Source: an uncultured Chthonomonadaceae bacterium (GTDB taxonomy: Bacteria > Armatimonadota > Chthonomonadetes > Chthonomonadales > Chthonomonadaceae). Taken from it: 64,000 bases of DNA. How positions within the stretch are numbered: the first letter of the stretch is position 1; each line of letters begins with the position of its first letter. The stretch lies in contig CAWIEK010000053.1 in NCBI GenBank assembly GCA_963835065.1, positions 508,595 through 572,594 on the forward strand. The letters run 5' to 3'. This document shows, one piece after another, positions 61,859 through 64,000 of this stretch. Made by a program: the position numbers and the translations under genes. Under the pieces are notes generated by a model. It saw nothing but the letters and a program-made list of their open reading frames with translations. It had not been told where the DNA came from and did no database searches.

Positions 61859-61880
61859 ATCTAGACAAAGTAAGACGATC

Positions 61881-62489
61881 ATGAACTTTTTAACCAACCT
61901 CTTTACAAACAAGGCTGCCGACGATGGGGTTTGTTCGCGGATGCGCGAACAGCTTTCGGCGTATGTGGACAACACGCTTGCCGCCCGTGACGTGTGGGAA
62001 GTGGAAAAACATCTGCGCGGCTGCGCGGATTGCGCGGAAGTTTCGCGGCAAATGCAGGCGACCGTACAGTTATTGCGCAGCGTGGAGCGTCAGGATACGG
62101 GCGACGACTTCATGGCGAAACTCCATGCGCGTTTGGACGGTCTGGAGCCGGAACCGGCGCGTCGGCGTTCGCTTGCGGAGCAGATGCAGGAAATGGCTGC
62201 AAACCTGCGCGGGAGTTTGAGTCCCCGGCGCGCGCCCGGTTTCAGCCTGGGTATGGCCGCAGCAGGCGTGGCAGCGATTGCGGTTTTCACGCATCTGCCC
62301 GCATCAACAACCGCGCCTGCCACGCAATCCATAGCCGTTACTCCCGTGCCTGTCGCGGCGGATGCCAGCGCCGGGGTCCACGGAAGTTTGCAGCGTAACG
62401 TCGCCCTGACCGCCAATGACCCACTTGGCGATGTGGCGGCGGAATATCTGGAAAGCGCCGACAACGGCAAAGAAACGAATGGAAGTTAA
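61881..62489 (+). CDS. Zinc-binding anti-sigma factor (zf-HC2) with a transmembrane helix
   Basis: LSAYVD...HLRGCADC (HxxxCxxC). Confidence 0.9.
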   Translation: MNFLTNLFTNKAADDGVCSRMREQLSAYVDNTLAARDVWEVEKHLRGCADCAEVSRQMQATVQLLRSVERQDTGDDFMAKLHARLDGLEPEPARRRSLAEQMQEMAANLRGSLSPRRAPGFSLGMAAAGVAAIAVFTHLPASTTAPATQSIAVTPVPVAADASAGVHGSLQRNVALTANDPLGDVAAEYLESADNGKETNGS

Positions 62490-63676
62490 AGCTGTGATTG
62501 GTTCTCGCGTACAATCAGCGCGAATAGGTTTGGGCCTGATGGCGGTTTGCGCGGGCGGCTTGCTGGTAAGCCTGCCCGCTTTGTCTGCTCATGCGTGGCA
62601 GCAAAAACGCCTGGCGAAACGGCGGGGCGTGTTCCAGCAGCGCCTGCCGCGTACTGCCCCGCTACGCCCGCTACGCCTCCCGAACCCGAATGTAAATATC
62701 CCCGTTCGTGTCAGGGCGAGCGGCGTGAACGGGGAGGCCAATGCCCTGCCTTTGCTGGCAAAGATGCTGCGACCGAGCATGAATTATGAGGGCGTGGAAG
62801 TGTCCAACGTCAGCATGAGCGGCATGGCGTCGGAAGAAAATATCTGGGGCGACACGAACGGGCGAACCCGGCGCGAGTACATTTCCCCCGGCGCACTGCA
62901 GGGCGATATTCTGCTGACCGCCGCCACCCAATCCTATCAATTTCACAATCGTGACCGGCAGTTGTTTGCCGCGCATTGGCCTGTAGATCAGGGCGACAAA
63001 ATCGGGCGGCTGCGCAGTCTGGTAAAAACGGGGCGTATCCGTATTCAAATCACGGGCGAAGAGATGGTGGCGGGCCGAAGCGCCACGATTGTCACGATTT
63101 CCGCGCTGAACAGCGGCACAACGGGGGAAGCGCGGCGCGTTCTGTACCTGGACAAGGAAACGGGCATTCGCCTGCGCATTGACCTGTACAACAGCGTGGG
63201 ACGGCAAATTTCGTCCACGTACATGAAGAGCATTACGGTCGGTACGCCACTCGACGCGACGAAGTTTGACCCGCGCTTCCTGCCGCAAGCGGACACGTTC
63301 CCGATTTTCCCGGAAGGACAGCCCATGTTCGGGAACGTGGAACAGGCGCGGAGTCAGGTTCCGTTTGCCATCCGGGAGCCGAAGCAATTGCCGATGGGGT
63401 ATGCGCTGGACGGCGTGTGGGTGTTCGGGGAAAACGCCCGCGCCAATCGCGCATCGGTGCTGCTGCGATATTCAGCGGCGTCAACCATTTCAGCCTCTTC
63501 GAGACGCTGGCTCCCACTAACGCCGCGAAACCGCTACGTCCGGCCAAATGCGCCCGCGCCGCGTTGCCGGCGGCTGGGCCTGGCGCGAACCGGTTCCCGA
63601 AGGCGAGTTGACCCTGCTTTACACCGGCCATTTGCCCGAAGCCGATTTGCAGGCGCTGCAAAACTCCCTCCACTGA
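62479..63676 (+). CDS. MucB/RseB-like (LolA-fold) periplasmic sigma regulator; frameshifts near 63475-63580
   Basis: RREYISP, EMVAGRSA, LYLDKETGIRLR, PKQLPMGYAL; shifted frames give YFSGVNHFSLFE and LLYTGHLPEADLQALQNSLH-stop. Confidence 0.75.
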
Positions 63677-64000
63677 ACCTTTTTTGTAACTTGAATAGCC
63701 TGCTTTGCGCAGCAGCTTCATTCGTGAGACTGTTGCGTGTTATTGTCTATCTAGGGGTCGGCGTTTTTACAGCGTTGACGTTTTTCAGAGTAAAGAACAC
63801 TTTGCCAACAATGCGCTGTACCCTGCCCTTTTTGCCTGTACATGATCACAACATCACGCGAGGCGCGTCCGCTGCCCGGTTCACTGACAGAATACTCAGA
63901 GGGGACAACCTGCTGGTGAAGGGGCGCAGGAATGCCCGCGTATCATGAACAGAACAGCCGCAGGTTAGATCAGGACGGCGTATCCGGTATAGAACGAACT

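Noticed and set aside
62416..63948. 510-aa ORF as given in the track
   Set aside because: After about 63475 the translation loses RseB-like character; alternative frames give a coherent C-terminus ending at 63676

Overview
GC-rich chromosomal window from a diderm bacterium. Gene content (BamA, DUF1501/PSCyt cluster, DUF4058, HEAT proteins with LLR tails, tmk-darA) suggests Armatimonadota, but this is inference. Layout: partial bamA-like gene; a candidate defence island at about 2.0-9.4 kb; a UxxC selenoprotein with a SECIS-like hairpin; a 309-bp ORF-less IS200/IS605-type element with its own promoter and a structured omegaRNA-like RNA; a helical protein followed by a structured ncRNA candidate; carbohydrate and hydrolase genes; a fragmented RHS gene bounded by imperfect direct repeats; tmk-darA, trpG/pabA, caspase-TPR; TA modules; a truncated ISKra4-like transposase; and an ECF sigma/anti-sigma/RseB-like operon. 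The island holds a class III nucleotidyl cyclase fused to five 32-aa PPR-like repeats and a TPR, overlapping an McrBC-like pair, then a HEPN module. The window is full of 7-, 8-, 9- and 10-mer tandem arrays and nested palindromes, several inserted in-frame in genes in a conserved block order. About a dozen otherwise intact genes carry single-base frameshifts, probably uncorrected assembly indels, so pseudogene calls are provisional. No rRNA, tRNA or CRISPR array was recognised. All family assignments are from motif reading, not database searches.
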